In this document: positions 1 to 10,979 of the stretch, one piece after another
How the letters are laid out: every line of letters begins with the position of its first letter
Numbering within the stretch: the first letter of the stretch is position 1
NCBI GenBank assembly: GCA_050261575.1
Contig: JBLNDL010000043.1
Location: 12,115-76,114 of the forward strand
Length of the DNA: 64,000 nucleotides
Direction: 5' to 3'
Origin: Sphingomonadaceae bacterium
GTDB taxonomy: Bacteria; Chloroflexota; UBA6077
Made by a program: the position numbers and the translations under genes
The notes under the pieces: model-generated
What the model saw: only the letters and a program-made list of their open reading frames with translations
What the model was told of the DNA's origin: nothing
Database searches by the model: none

Positions 1-263
1 CGCGCGTCGCACGCGGCGGTCATGACGAGAACCGGCACGTCGAGATGTCTGGCCCGCAGCTCGGCGAGAAACTGCCAGCCGTTGAGGATGGGCATGCGCA
101 TGTCCAACACCACCAGAGAGGGCAGCGCACGCTCGACGGCACATAGAGCCTCGGCCCCGTTGGCGGCAGTCTCGACGCCGTATCCCTCCAGCACGAGCGC
201 GTCGGAAACCACGGAGAGGATCGAAGGATCGTCGTCAACAACCAGGATGCGGCCGTCCCCCAT
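1..263 (-). CDS. Response regulator receiver domain protein (partial; 3' end runs off the window start)
   Basis: Minus-strand translation from ATG (complement of 261-263) reads MGDGRILVVDDDPSILSVVSDALVLEGYGVETAANGAEALCAVERALPSLVVLDMRMPILNGWQFLAELRA..., a canonical CheY-like REC domain with DD pair and phospho-Asp in VVLDMRMP. The start lies 3 nt downstream (minus strand) of the histidine kinase stop (267-269), with no overlap. Confidence 0.8.
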   Translation of the reverse strand, partial: MGDGRILVVDDDPSILSVVSDALVLEGYGVETAANGAEALCAVERALPSLVVLDMRMPILNGWQFLAELRARHLDVPVLVMTAACDA

Positions 264-266
264 GGC

Positions 267-2099
267 CTAGTCTCCCATAAGCTGGATACCCGCCGGCAGG
301 GCGACGTGGAATACACTCCCCTGCCCGGGCGTGCTGCTCACCCAGATGCGACCGTGGTGCTCCTCGACGATGCCGCGAGAGACGTGGAGGCCGAGCCCCA
401 TGCCCGCGAAGCGCCGATCGTCCACGTTGGTCCCCCGGTAGAAGCGGCCGAACACGTGAGGCAGGTCCTCGCGAGGAATCCCTATGCCGTGGTCGACAAC
501 ATCCAGTCGCGCTTCCCCATCCTGCTGCCATACCTTCACCACCACCTCCCCGCCACCGGGGCTGTACTTGATGGCGTTGTCGATCAGTTCCTCGAGCAGT
601 TGAGTGATCCTGATTCGATCGAAGTCTCCCACCACCTCCCCATTGGCCTCCAAACGGCACCGGCCACGTTCCTGGCGTTCCCGCCCGCACACCTCGCGGG
701 CCACCTCCACCAGGTCCACCCTCTCCCGCGCCCCCACCAGCTCTCCTCTCTCAGCTCGAGAGACGTCCAGCAGCTCGTCGACCACCCCCGCCATCCGCCT
801 GGCTTCGTTCACCAATCGTTCGACCCACTCCAGGTCCACCGGCTCCCCTGGGTTGTGCCGAGCCCGTCTCTCCAACAGTTGGGACTGGGCCAGGATCGCC
901 GTGAGGGGCGTCTTCAACTCGTGCGCGGCTGCAGAGAGGAAATCCTCCTTCATCTGAGTAGCCTGCTCACGGGCTCGGAGTCGCGCCGACTCCGCGATGA
1001 GAGTGTGGCTCTCGAGTACGACGGCTGCCTGATCGGCCAGCAGTTGGAGCAGCGACATGTCGTCTCGGGCGAAGATGGGGGCCCGGCGCACGTACGCGGT
1101 CAATACCCCCAGCCGCTTCTCCCCAATCGTGATGGGCGCCGCCAGCACTGCCTCGACCCCACCGGCACCGCACCACTCGAATTGGGCGGAGTCTCCTCGC
1201 GGCGGGCCGGGGGAGAAAGCTGGCTTCTGGGCAAGGAACGACTGTCCCGCGGTGGTGCCCTCGAGAGGGACCTCGTACGGCTTGCCGGCATCGGTGAATC
1301 GAAGTCTGCGGTCACCCTCGTCCCACAGGCCGATTCCGGCATCGGCCACACCCAGGGAGGCGGCGACGCCGCTCTCCAACTCGCGGAGGACCGCATCAAG
1401 GCTCGGGAGCCTGGGGAGGACCGCCACCCTGCCGAGGAAGCGCCGCAACTCGGGGGCCTGCCAGCTATGGCGAAGCCAGGCAGGTGGAGCGAAGCCCAGA
1501 AGGTAGAACACCGCCGAGGCGAGGTACGGGACCTCGAAGAACCCCATCGTCCACCACTTGCCCAGCCCCATACAGCCGTCGATGGCGGCGGCCAGAAAGG
1601 CCAGCCCCAGCAGCACCGATCCTCCCGCTGCCGCCTCCATTCGCCGCCTGGTCACGCCGGCCGATCTCCTGGACTCGCGAGCGAAGGCCGCCGTGGCGTA
1701 CGACTGGTGTCCCACGAAGAAGGTAACGGACAGCAGCGTGTACCACAAAGGTCTGGGAGGGGGCAGCCAGAACGAGCCCGCGACCAGCAGCAGCAGGCCC
1801 GCCTCCGAGAGACGCATCACGACCGGCGGGACGGAAGAGAAGTCGTTGACCAGCCTCAGCAGGAAGTGCGAAAGCGCCAGCATGAGGGATGTGTTCGCCG
1901 CGTCGGGCAGCGGGCCGGGCGCGACAAGCCCGACTGCTACCGCCAGGTTGATCATGATCGCAAGGCTGGGTGCCCCGAAGAGCAGGGCGATGTCCACGTT
2001 CGCCCCAAGGGGGAAGCGGACCGCATCGACGAGGGCCGCCGCGAACACCAGAAGGAATAGGGTCCACGTGAGGTACTGAAACAGGAGATCCGTGCTCAC
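267..2099 (-). CDS. Sensor histidine kinase with multi-TM N-terminal region, GAF domain, HisKA and HATPase_c
   Basis: The ORF shows an H-box (AAHELKTPLTAILAQSQLL), N/G boxes (IDNAIKYSP, GMGLGLHVSRGIVEEHHGRIWV) and about 8 hydrophobic helices N-terminally. I place the start at GTG (complement of 2097-2099) after a GGAG; the six-frame ORF extends to 2459 but that N-terminal extension is Arg/Pro-rich and looks non-coding. Confidence 0.75.
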   Translation of the reverse strand: MSTDLLFQYLTWTLFLLVFAAALVDAVRFPLGANVDIALLFGAPSLAIMINLAVAVGLVAPGPLPDAANTSLMLALSHFLLRLVNDFSSVPPVVMRLSEAGLLLLVAGSFWLPPPRPLWYTLLSVTFFVGHQSYATAAFARESRRSAGVTRRRMEAAAGGSVLLGLAFLAAAIDGCMGLGKWWTMGFFEVPYLASAVFYLLGFAPPAWLRHSWQAPELRRFLGRVAVLPRLPSLDAVLRELESGVAASLGVADAGIGLWDEGDRRLRFTDAGKPYEVPLEGTTAGQSFLAQKPAFSPGPPRGDSAQFEWCGAGGVEAVLAAPITIGEKRLGVLTAYVRRAPIFARDDMSLLQLLADQAAVVLESHTLIAESARLRAREQATQMKEDFLSAAAHELKTPLTAILAQSQLLERRARHNPGEPVDLEWVERLVNEARRMAGVVDELLDVSRAERGELVGARERVDLVEVAREVCGRERQERGRCRLEANGEVVGDFDRIRITQLLEELIDNAIKYSPGGGEVVVKVWQQDGEARLDVVDHGIGIPREDLPHVFGRFYRGTNVDDRRFAGMGLGLHVSRGIVEEHHGRIWVSSTPGQGSVFHVALPAGIQLMGD

Positions 2100-2660
2100 T
2101 TCGCTCCGCAGTCCCGGATGGTCGGTTCTCCCGCGGGCACTACGGCCGCCACGCCAGCCGACACCGATCACCGCGCCACGCGATCGACCGAACGATCCCT
2201 GCCGCAGGGGAGTCGCTGGCCCTGCTAGAAGCAAGATGCGGGCCTTCCACAACGTGGCGGGGTGGGGACTGGCAGAGTGGATCGACACTCGCAACGCCGC
2301 CCCTGGGCCGGATGTGGTGGTGCGCCCGTGCGCCCGACTCCGGCGCACCTCTTCGGGACTTGCCCATCGAAGTGGCCCATCCGGCAGGCGCGTGATGCAC
2401 GTCGGCATCGCCGATCCATCAGCAGGGGCACACCGTGCGTGCGCCCCCGTTGTCTGCACGCAGCGACGCCATTCCGAACGCTCGTAGGTAGACAGGCAGG
2501 CCCGACCCTGCGGCCATCGGTAGGGTCTCGTAGTCTGGAACAGGGAACGCGAGTTGCCTCACCGCGATCGAGAGCAGCGGTTGTGGAGGACGTGGCGCTC
2601 GGCCGACTCGGGCCGGCGAGCGAGTCCCCACCAGCCGTGGAGCCACAGGAGGCAGATGCC

Positions 2661-3692
2661 ATGTTCCGGCGCCGCTCGTCCGGCCGGCGGGAAGGCCACG
2701 GGAACGAGCGTTCAGAGGACCGCGGAGGACACCCGCACCACCACGGTGCCCCGGACCCAAACGTGTTGGCATCGGAGCAAGGTGTAAGGGCAGTGTGGTT
2801 GTCTTTCACCGGCCTGGCCGCCACTGCCCTGGCCCAACTGCTCGCGGTCTATCTGTCGGGAAGCGTCGCCCTCTTCGCCGACACCGTCCACAACTTCGGC
2901 GACGCCACCACGGCCATACCGCTCTGGGTCGCCTTCTCGCTTGCGGCGCGGAGGCCCTCTCGGCGTTTCACCTACGGCTACGGCCGGATGGAGGATCTGG
3001 CCGGGGCCGCCATCGTGCTGATCGTCCTGCTGAGCGCCGCGCTCGCGGGCTACGAGTCGATCCGGCGCCTCCTCGACCCCGAGCCCGTCCACAACCTGTG
3101 GGCGGTCGCCATCGCCGCCCTGATCGGCCTGCTGGGCAACGAGGCCGTCGCCCGATTCCGGATCCGGGTCGGCCGTGAGATCGGCAGCGCAGCGCTCGTG
3201 GCCGACGGCTACCACGCCCGCGCCGACGGCCTGACCAGCCTGTCCGTCTTGCTAGGGGCCGTGGGCCTCTGGGCAGGCATCCCCATCTTAGATCCGATCG
3301 TGGGGCTTCTGATCGCGGGGATGATCCTCCGCATCGTGTGGGATTCGGGAAGGATCGTTCTCACCCGCCTGCTGGATGGAGTGGAGCCTCACCTCGTCGA
3401 GCAGATCGAAGACGTCGCCCGGGAAACCCCTGGGGTCCGCGAGGTGGGCCAGGTGCGGCTCAGATGGCTCGGCCACCGCCTTCACGCCGAGGTCAACCTC
3501 TCGGTGGACCCCAGGCTCTCAGTCGAACGGGGGCACGACGTGGCACAGGAGGTGCGCCACCGTCTGTTGCACCGGCTGGAGCACCTCGCCTACACCACGA
3601 TCCACATCGATCCGGACGGGTCGGCCGGTGAGGAGCACCATCACGTCCCGCTGCACTCCCACGACGACCTCCCGCCCCACTCGCATCCCTGA
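2661..3692 (+). CDS. Cation diffusion facilitator (CDF) family metal efflux transporter (CzcD-like)
   Basis: ATG at 2661 preceded by AGGAGG (2647-2652). Six TM helices; motifs FADTVHNFGD, YGYGRMEDL and a His-rich C-terminal tail (HHHVPLHSHDDLPPHSHP). The ORF-track extension back to 2262 is rejected. Confidence 0.8.
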   Translation: MFRRRSSGRREGHGNERSEDRGGHPHHHGAPDPNVLASEQGVRAVWLSFTGLAATALAQLLAVYLSGSVALFADTVHNFGDATTAIPLWVAFSLAARRPSRRFTYGYGRMEDLAGAAIVLIVLLSAALAGYESIRRLLDPEPVHNLWAVAIAALIGLLGNEAVARFRIRVGREIGSAALVADGYHARADGLTSLSVLLGAVGLWAGIPILDPIVGLLIAGMILRIVWDSGRIVLTRLLDGVEPHLVEQIEDVARETPGVREVGQVRLRWLGHRLHAEVNLSVDPRLSVERGHDVAQEVRHRLLHRLEHLAYTTIHIDPDGSAGEEHHHVPLHSHDDLPPHSHP

Positions 3693-4083
3693 CACGTTGC
3701 GCACATTTCTGCGCGGCGCATACAATGCCCACGGGCGGTTAGGGGTATCGGACGCATCCGTAGGGGCGGGCCCGCGTATCTGCCCACACCGGCCCCGCTG
3801 TAGGGGCAGACCTGTGAGTGCAACGGGGCGCACACAGAGCGTGACGCGAGCGGGCACGCGATGCTACGCTCGCCCACGGGCACGGCCCCCGTCGAGAGCC
3901 CGGCGTTCCCATGTGCACGAAGACCGTAGATGGATAGGTTGATTCCGTCCACCGAAGGCCGAGTCTTCGATGATCGCGCCGCAGGATCGTGGTCGATATG
4001 GCCCAGGAGTTGCAGCAGCAGGTGAGACTGCCCACGCCGATGGGATCGAGGCGTGCGGGCGCACCCCACCTGGGAGAGAGTCG

Positions 4084-5130
4084 ATGGTTCAGCAGGCGGG
4101 CCTCGTGGCCCTCTTCGGCTCCGGAGAGACCTCGGCCAGCGGAAGGCGGGTCTACGAGTGGGTGTTCTCTCGGCTGGCCCCACCGCTCAAGGTCGCCATT
4201 TTGGAAACCCCTGCCGGATTCCAGCCGAACTCAGCGGCAGTGGCCCACAAGATCGGCGACTTCCTGGCAGAGCGGCTTCAGAACCACCACCCCAGGGTAG
4301 ACGTCGTCCCCGCTCGACGGCGCGACGGCCCCTTCAGCACCGACGACCACGACCTTCTCAGACCGATGCTCAGTTCCAAAGTCCTGTTCATGGGGCCTGG
4401 CAGCCCCACCTACGCCGTCCGCCACCTGCGAGGCAGCCTGGCTTGGGAATACCTGCGGGCTCGGCACCGGTTGGGCTCGGCCCTGCTCCTGGCAAGCGCG
4501 GCCACTATCGCGGTCGGCGCCCACACCCTGCCGGTCTACGAGATCTACAAGGTGGGGGAGGAACCCCATTGGCAACGGGGGCTCGACCTCTTCGGCCCCT
4601 ACGGACTCTGCCTGACATTCGTTCCACATTGGGACAACGCCGAGGGGGGAGCGGAGCTGGACACCAGCCGGTGCTTCATGGGGGAGGCCCGCTTCCGGCG
4701 ACTGCTGGAGCTGTTGCCACCGGGGACCACGATCGTAGGCATCGACGAGCACACAGCTCTGGTCGCCGATCCCGCGGTGGGGGTCTGCCAGGTGATGGGT
4801 CGGGGAGGGGTCACCCTGCTGCGCGATGGCGTGGAGAGTCGATTCCGCAGCGGCCAGAGCTTCCCCATGGAACGGCTGGGTCCCTTCCGGGTTCCCTCGG
4901 CGAAGGAGGGCATCTCACCGGAGGCGTGGGAGCGGGCACTGGCCGCCGGGGAAGGCGAGCCGCAGATGGCAATCGACCCGCCCTCTGAGTTGGTGGCGAT
5001 GGTCCAGAGGCGAGAGGCGGCAAGGAGGCAGCGGGACTGGGCGATCGCGGATGCCCTTCGCGCCGAGATCGCCGAGTTGGGCTGGCGCGTCACCGACACG
5101 CCAGAGGGCCCCCTGCTGGAACCTTCGTAG
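4084..5130 (+). CDS. Peptidase S51 / class-I glutamine-amidotransferase-like protein (cyanophycinase or peptidase E-like) with a C-terminal CysRS-type tail motif
   Basis: N-terminus (VALFGSGETSASGRRVYEWVFSRL...VAILETPAGFQP) resembles the S51 dipeptidase/cyanophycinase fold. The C-terminal ELVAMVQRREAARRQRDWAIADALRAEIAELGWRVTDTPEGP closely mimics the extreme C-terminal segment of cysteinyl-tRNA synthetase/MshC (...[31 protein letters not shown]). Confidence 0.55.
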   Translation: MVQQAGLVALFGSGETSASGRRVYEWVFSRLAPPLKVAILETPAGFQPNSAAVAHKIGDFLAERLQNHHPRVDVVPARRRDGPFSTDDHDLLRPMLSSKVLFMGPGSPTYAVRHLRGSLAWEYLRARHRLGSALLLASAATIAVGAHTLPVYEIYKVGEEPHWQRGLDLFGPYGLCLTFVPHWDNAEGGAELDTSRCFMGEARFRRLLELLPPGTTIVGIDEHTALVADPAVGVCQVMGRGGVTLLRDGVESRFRSGQSFPMERLGPFRVPSAKEGISPEAWERALAAGEGEPQMAIDPPSELVAMVQRREAARRQRDWAIADALRAEIAELGWRVTDTPEGPLLEPS

Positions 5131-5435
5131 CCGCCACCCGAAGAACCCCTCCCGCAGCGCCGACGGGATTGCCTCAGCCAGTTCGATGGGACGACGTACG
5201 TGGATGTCGTGGTCGGTGCCGGGAAACCAAAGGAGCGGGGCACCGAGTTCAAGAGGATGGAGCTTGCGCGGTAGCCACGGTTGGCTCGGCGACGCTGGCC
5301 TGTCCTTGCAGCTCGGCGCCGAAGGGTCGTGGCGGACTCATGGGCAGCCCTTCTGACAGAGCGCGAAGGGGCACGAACCGGCCGCACCTTCACCGTCGGT
5401 GGGCGACCGTGGCGATGGGGGCCGGTGGGTAGCCT

Positions 5436-5798
5436 CTAGGCCTCGTCGTCGACGGCAAGGTCACGCCGCACGACGACCCGGACTTCTCCGGCGTGGAAAC
5501 GCCTGATCTTGCCCTGGACCCTGACTCGCAGCGTCGACTCTGCGCACAGGTTTGCCCCACGGCCGACGTGCAGCCGGGCTTCATCCCAGTAGGAGGCGAC
5601 GAACTGTCGGGTTCCGCCGCGGCCGTCCGGCCCCTCGAGGATCAAGGTATCGGACACGACGGTCCCGGACTCGCCCTCTGGAGTGACACAAGGGGTTCCC
5701 GACACGAAGGGCGACACCAGCGGAAGGGGGCTGGGCTCCGCCAGCAACTCCTGAACGGAAAGGGTGTTCTCGACTGCGGATTTCACTTCTTCGACCAT
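5436..5798 (-). CDS. Hypothetical protein (120 aa)
   Basis: ATG at complement of 5796-5798 (MVEEVKSAVENTL...); coding-like composition; no recognisable family. Confidence 0.4.
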   Translation of the reverse strand: MVEEVKSAVENTLSVQELLAEPSPLPLVSPFVSGTPCVTPEGESGTVVSDTLILEGPDGRGGTRQFVASYWDEARLHVGRGANLCAESTLRVRVQGKIRRFHAGEVRVVVRRDLAVDDEA

Positions 5799-6218
5799 AG
5801 TTGAGCCTCGTTTTCGTCTGCCTGCCTCGACGCTGGCAGAGGGAAGAGTATGGGAGAGGGCAGACCCGACGACACCGCCATCCGTCGGAGGCTCTGCCCC
5901 CATTTCCGTCCTTATGTAATTCTGCCACAACTGGGCAACTGTCTGCATAGTCAGGTCGTCGCAGGGACTGTTCCTGGTAGAACTATGCAGGCATCTCGTT
6001 CAGGTCAGCTTCCCCGGCCGGAGGCGTGTGCGCTACTCGGTGCGCCGTTCCGCAAGTCCCATAGAGACAACCGCTCGGGGTGCTGGAGCGAGCCGGAGGG
6101 CCGCCCCAGGTGAGCGATTTCGTTCGTGACCCGTTCGGCCGGGCCGCCAACCGGTAGTAGGAGCGACCGACCCGCAGGAGCGGACGTTCGGGGCGGCCCG
6201 GGCCAGTCCGTCAGGAAG

Positions 6219-6268
6219 CGCGACTGCCGCGAGAGCCACCGGAGATGCCGGCTCTTGCGGCAGTCGCG
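6219..6268 (-). terminator. 19-bp GC-rich stem-loop downstream of the D-aminoacylase stop (candidate intrinsic terminator)
   Basis: 6219-6237 cgcgactgccgcgagagcc pairs with 6250-6268 ggctcttgcggcagtcgcg (18 Watson-Crick pairs plus one G-U) around a 12-nt loop. It lies 50-100 nt past the stop at 6319, with no clear U-tract. Confidence 0.4.
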
Positions 6269-6318
6269 TCGGGAGCAGGTGTGTCCCGGCTCGGAAGGGT
6301 CGCCCGGGCCAACAACCG

Positions 6319-7884
6319 TCAGAGTGCGTGTCCCGGCAACGCACCCGTGTGGCGCCCTTCGGAGATCACGAGCCTCCCGTTGACCAGCACGTGGTTGATT
6401 CCGACCGGGTATTGCATTGGATCGTCGTAGGTGGCCGTGTCCTTGACTCGGGCTGGGTCGAATACCACCAGATCGGCAGCCTTGCCCTCCTCGACGACTC
6501 CCCGATCCCGCAGCCCGAGCCTGGCCGCTGGAACCGAGGTGGCCTTCTTGATCGCATCCTCCAGCGTCAGCACTCTCCTCTCCCTCACGAAGTGGCCGAG
6601 GATGCGAGGGTAGTTGCCGTAGGCTCTGGGATGAGGTTTCCCGATCATCACAGCGTCGCTACAGAACATGTGCCAGGGCAGCTTCATGATCTCCTCAACC
6701 ACCTCCTCCGACTGGGAGAAGAGGATCATCGTGACGGCGAACTCCTCCTCCAGCAGCAGCCGGATCAGCGCCTCGTACGGAGTGACCCCCCACACCTCGG
6801 CGATCTGACTGAGGCTCTTGCCCACCAGTCCCTCGTTCGCCGACGACTTCACGAAGGAGACGTAGATGTTCTCCGGTCCGGTGGTTCGGAATCGGCTGTC
6901 CCACTGGCCCGGCAGCCCCTCCAGCGTGTCCCGCTCGAGGCGCGCCCGCTCTTCCCGGCTCTCGAGGATCCGTCTCAGCCCATCGGGTCCACCACCCGTA
7001 GCCCAGGGAGGCAGGACCGCGGAGAGGAAGGTGCTGCCGGCGGTGTAGACGTACTGATCGCAGGCCACGTCCACCCCTTCCCGCCTGGCTGACTCGATCA
7101 TCTCCACCACGCGGTCCAGCCTGCCCCACATCTGTCGGGAACCGATCTGGAAGTGGGTGATCTGGATGGAGCATCCGGATCGCCTTCCCACCTCCAGCAC
7201 TTCCTCCAGCGCCGGGACTATGAAATCACCCTGGGAACGGATGTGGAAGCTGAAGAACTTGCCGTGTCTCGCCACCACCTTGCCCAGAGCCACTAGCTCG
7301 TCCAGATTGCCATAGGCCTGGGGAACGTAGATCAGCCCCGAGGAGAGGGCGGAGGCGCCCTCCTGGAAGGATGCCTCGAGCACCTCCGCCATCGAACGCA
7401 GCTCGTCGGGGGTCGCCGGGCGGTTCTCCATCCCCAACACGGCCAGCCGGAGGTTCCCGTGGCCCACCATTGGCGCCCAATTGGGGCTGGTGTTCACGAG
7501 CCTGTCCCGATACTGGGCGAAGCTCTGCCAGTCCCACTCGCCGGGATTCCCCTCCAGCCCCTCCAACTGCGCCCGCCACAGGGGTTGGTCCCGAGGGCTG
7601 ATCGGAGCCGCCGAGTAGCCGTCGAGGCCCGCAACTTCGGTGGTGATCCCCTGATGGATCTTCGGATCCACCCTCGGGTCGGACAGCCAGATCAGGCTCG
7701 AGTGGCTGTGGATGTCGATGAAGCCCGGGCAGACCACCTGTCCCTCAGCGTCGATCACGCTGCCCCGGCGAGGAAGGCTCGGGGCTACGGCCGCTATGGT
7801 CCCGTCAGCTACGGCGACGTCCGCCCTGAAGCCCGGTCTGCCCGTCCCGTCGACGACAGTCCCGTTGATTATCGTGTAGTCCAT
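6319..7884 (-). CDS. N-acyl-D-amino-acid deacylase (D-aminoacylase), amidohydrolase superfamily
   Basis: MDYTIINGTVVDGTGRPGFRADVAVADGTIAAVAP...VVCPGFIDIHSHSS matches the D-aminoacylase N-terminus and metal-binding HxH. The start is internal to the 753-aa ORF; the upstream 230 codons overlap the next gene and are rejected. Confidence 0.85.
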   Translation of the reverse strand: MDYTIINGTVVDGTGRPGFRADVAVADGTIAAVAPSLPRRGSVIDAEGQVVCPGFIDIHSHSSLIWLSDPRVDPKIHQGITTEVAGLDGYSAAPISPRDQPLWRAQLEGLEGNPGEWDWQSFAQYRDRLVNTSPNWAPMVGHGNLRLAVLGMENRPATPDELRSMAEVLEASFQEGASALSSGLIYVPQAYGNLDELVALGKVVARHGKFFSFHIRSQGDFIVPALEEVLEVGRRSGCSIQITHFQIGSRQMWGRLDRVVEMIESARREGVDVACDQYVYTAGSTFLSAVLPPWATGGGPDGLRRILESREERARLERDTLEGLPGQWDSRFRTTGPENIYVSFVKSSANEGLVGKSLSQIAEVWGVTPYEALIRLLLEEEFAVTMILFSQSEEVVEEIMKLPWHMFCSDAVMIGKPHPRAYGNYPRILGHFVRERRVLTLEDAIKKATSVPAARLGLRDRGVVEEGKAADLVVFDPARVKDTATYDDPMQYPVGINHVLVNGRLVISEGRHTGALPGHAL

Positions 7885-7922
7885 CGGCGGATCTCCTGGA
7901 TTGCTCGGCCTCGCGGCTGCCC

Positions 7923-9023
7923 CTACCGGAACTTGCCGCGGCCGGCGATGGGCATCGCCACCTCTAACCGCCCGCCCCTTATGCCGTATAGAGTGTCGTG
8001 GAGGTTGACGGTCGTGCACACGTGGCTGGGGATGAACTCGACCCTGTCCCCCGGGGCCAGTCTCACCGAGGGGTCGGTTAGGTCGATCCTGGCGTGCTCC
8101 TCCGACAGACGTGCCAGTCTGCCGCCGGGGACACCGATCAACTCGGGCATGCCGTGGTCGTTGGTCATGGCCTTCAGGCCAGCATCCGCGATGGCCCGAT
8201 CGGGGGCGGGGCGGCTGATGATGGTGGCCAGCAGCGTCAGGGCGCAGCCGAAATCGATCCCGAGATCGCGGTAATCCACGTCCATCAGCACGTAGCTCCC
8301 CACCTGGATCTCGGTCATGCCGGAGACGGTCGACGTGATGGCGTAGGTACCGGTGCCACCGCCGCTGACGATGCCCACCTTCAGCCCGGTGGCCTCGATC
8401 TGCTCCTTGGTCCGGATCAGCTTCTCCATGGCGGCGCGGGTGGTGGCTTCCCGCTCGGCCGGGTCCTTGATCCGCTGGCAGAAGCCCTCGTAACCCATCA
8501 GGCCAGCGAAGACGAGGCCTGGCATCTGGGCGACCCGGTGGGCCAGGGCCACGGCCGCCTCGCCCGGCTCGACCCCGCACCGGTTCATGCCGACGTTGAC
8601 ATCCACCAGTACACGCAACTTCGCCCCCGCGGCGGTCACACCGGCCGACAGATCCGCCACGTTGCGGGCATCGTCCACCGCCACCATAAGGTCGGCGTGG
8701 CGGGCAAGCCCTGCCAGACGTGCGATCTTTCGGGCGCCCACCACCTCGTTGGCGATAAGGATATCCTTGATGCCGGCGTTGACCAGGGTCTCGGCCTCCT
8801 CCACCTTCGCGCAGGTGATGCCGATAGCCCCCGCCTCGATCTGCTTCAGCGCCACCGCCGGGGTCTTGTGAGTCTTGTAGTGCGGGCGAACTCGGACCCC
8901 ACGGGCCCTGAGGAAGCTGTCCATTCGTGCGATGTTGGCCTCCATCACGTCCAGATCGACCAGGAGGGCCGGAGTGTCCAACTCATTCTTGTCCATGCCA
9001 GGATAGTTGGCGTCGGGCGCCAT
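7923..9023 (-). CDS. DSD1 family PLP enzyme (alanine-racemase-fold; D-threonine aldolase / D-serine dehydratase-like)
   Basis: ATG at complement of 9021-9023 preceded by GGAGGTGG; MAPDANYPGMDKNELDTPALLVDLDVMEANIARM...RVRPHYKTHKTPAVA (PLP-Lys motif); 38-nt gap to the D-aminoacylase gene, so an operon. Confidence 0.8.
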   Translation of the reverse strand: MAPDANYPGMDKNELDTPALLVDLDVMEANIARMDSFLRARGVRVRPHYKTHKTPAVALKQIEAGAIGITCAKVEEAETLVNAGIKDILIANEVVGARKIARLAGLARHADLMVAVDDARNVADLSAGVTAAGAKLRVLVDVNVGMNRCGVEPGEAAVALAHRVAQMPGLVFAGLMGYEGFCQRIKDPAEREATTRAAMEKLIRTKEQIEATGLKVGIVSGGGTGTYAITSTVSGMTEIQVGSYVLMDVDYRDLGIDFGCALTLLATIISRPAPDRAIADAGLKAMTNDHGMPELIGVPGGRLARLSEEHARIDLTDPSVRLAPGDRVEFIPSHVCTTVNLHDTLYGIRGGRLEVAMPIAGRGKFR

Positions 9024-9227
9024 GGTTGCCACCTCCCCACTTCTTGGTGCATTCCCACCGTGAGACGGGTTACGCCGCACCAGAGAGACTGTCTCCCCGG
9101 CACGCCGGCATCCCAGCGCATGGTAATCCGTCAGACCATGACTGTTCAACAGGAAGGGGAGCAGCTCGGGGGTGATCCTTCTTGGACCCGTGGGCAGGAG
9201 ACGGGGCACGGGTGCCAGGAGGCCACC

Positions 9228-9539
9228 CTACAGCCCTTCCTCCTCCCCAAGCGTCCGCGGCTGCGCCCATGTCTGCTCCTCCACCGCCCGTCGCAGGCTC
9301 GGCTCCAGTGCCTCCTCCAGCAGGTCGTCCAGTAACCCCGAGGCCAGGTCCAGTGTCTGGGCCATGCCCTGCAGTTCGGGGTTGCCACTCTCCCGGCATC
9401 CCTCCGCCAGCAGCCCGAAGCGGCGTGCCACGGACCGCAACTCCGATAGTAGTGGATCCACGTAGCCGGACTCCAGGTCCGACAGGGTCCCCTCTTTCAG
9501 CGCCTCGATCACTCGCTCTCGGTCCCAAGTCTCAGCCAT
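9228..9539 (-). CDS. Hypothetical acidic protein (103 aa)
   Basis: ATG with RBS GAGAGAGGTAGGGA; high GC3; no recognised domain. Confidence 0.5.
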   Translation of the reverse strand: MAETWDRERVIEALKEGTLSDLESGYVDPLLSELRSVARRFGLLAEGCRESGNPELQGMAQTLDLASGLLDDLLEEALEPSLRRAVEEQTWAQPRTLGEEEGL

Positions 9540-9737
9540 TCCCTACCTCTCTCGGCAACGCCGGCCGCACCGCATCGGAGCCTCGCCCCGACGACCAGTT
9601 CACCCGCAACGAGCCGCACGCCGCGGGGATCGCCGCTCCACCGCCAGCCGCCTTCGCCGCCAGCAGCGCTCCAACGCACGACGGTCCATCGACCCCACGC
9701 CCCGCTCAGTGAGCGGTTCCCCAAGACCGCTCGTACC

Positions 9738-10865
<1,128 letters not shown>

Positions 10866-10943
10866 GCCCCTCTCCTCCCGCCTCGGCCCTGAAGTGCTTA
10901 TGTCAAGATAACTCCCAAGTCGAGGTCCCGAGGGGCCACGCTT

Positions 10944-10969
10944 GGGGCGGGTCCCGCGGGACCCGCCCC
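10944..10969. terminator. Perfect 26-nt GC palindrome between the convergent SDR gene and queG
   Basis: ggggcgggtcccgcgggacccgcccc is its own reverse complement; it sits just 3' of the SDR stop (10980). Confidence 0.4.
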
Positions 10970-10979
10970 AGGTGCCATC

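Noticed and set aside
306-2060. Long plus-strand ORF (584 aa) and several other ORFs antisense to the histidine kinase gene
   Set aside because: The translations are Arg/Pro/Gly-rich with no domain-like sequence. They are antisense shadows typical of high-GC DNA; the minus-strand kinase frame explains the region.
2100-2459. Extra 120 N-terminal codons of the histidine kinase ORF (to ATG at 2459)
   Set aside because: The extension is Arg/Pro-rich and unlike a protein. GTG at 2099 with an upstream GGAG gives a sensible TM-first kinase. Retained only as an alternative.
7885-8580. N-terminal 232-codon extension of the D-aminoacylase ORF
   Set aside because: It overlaps the DSD1-family gene in another frame and has junk-like sequence. 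The conserved deacylase N-terminus begins at MDYTIINGTV.
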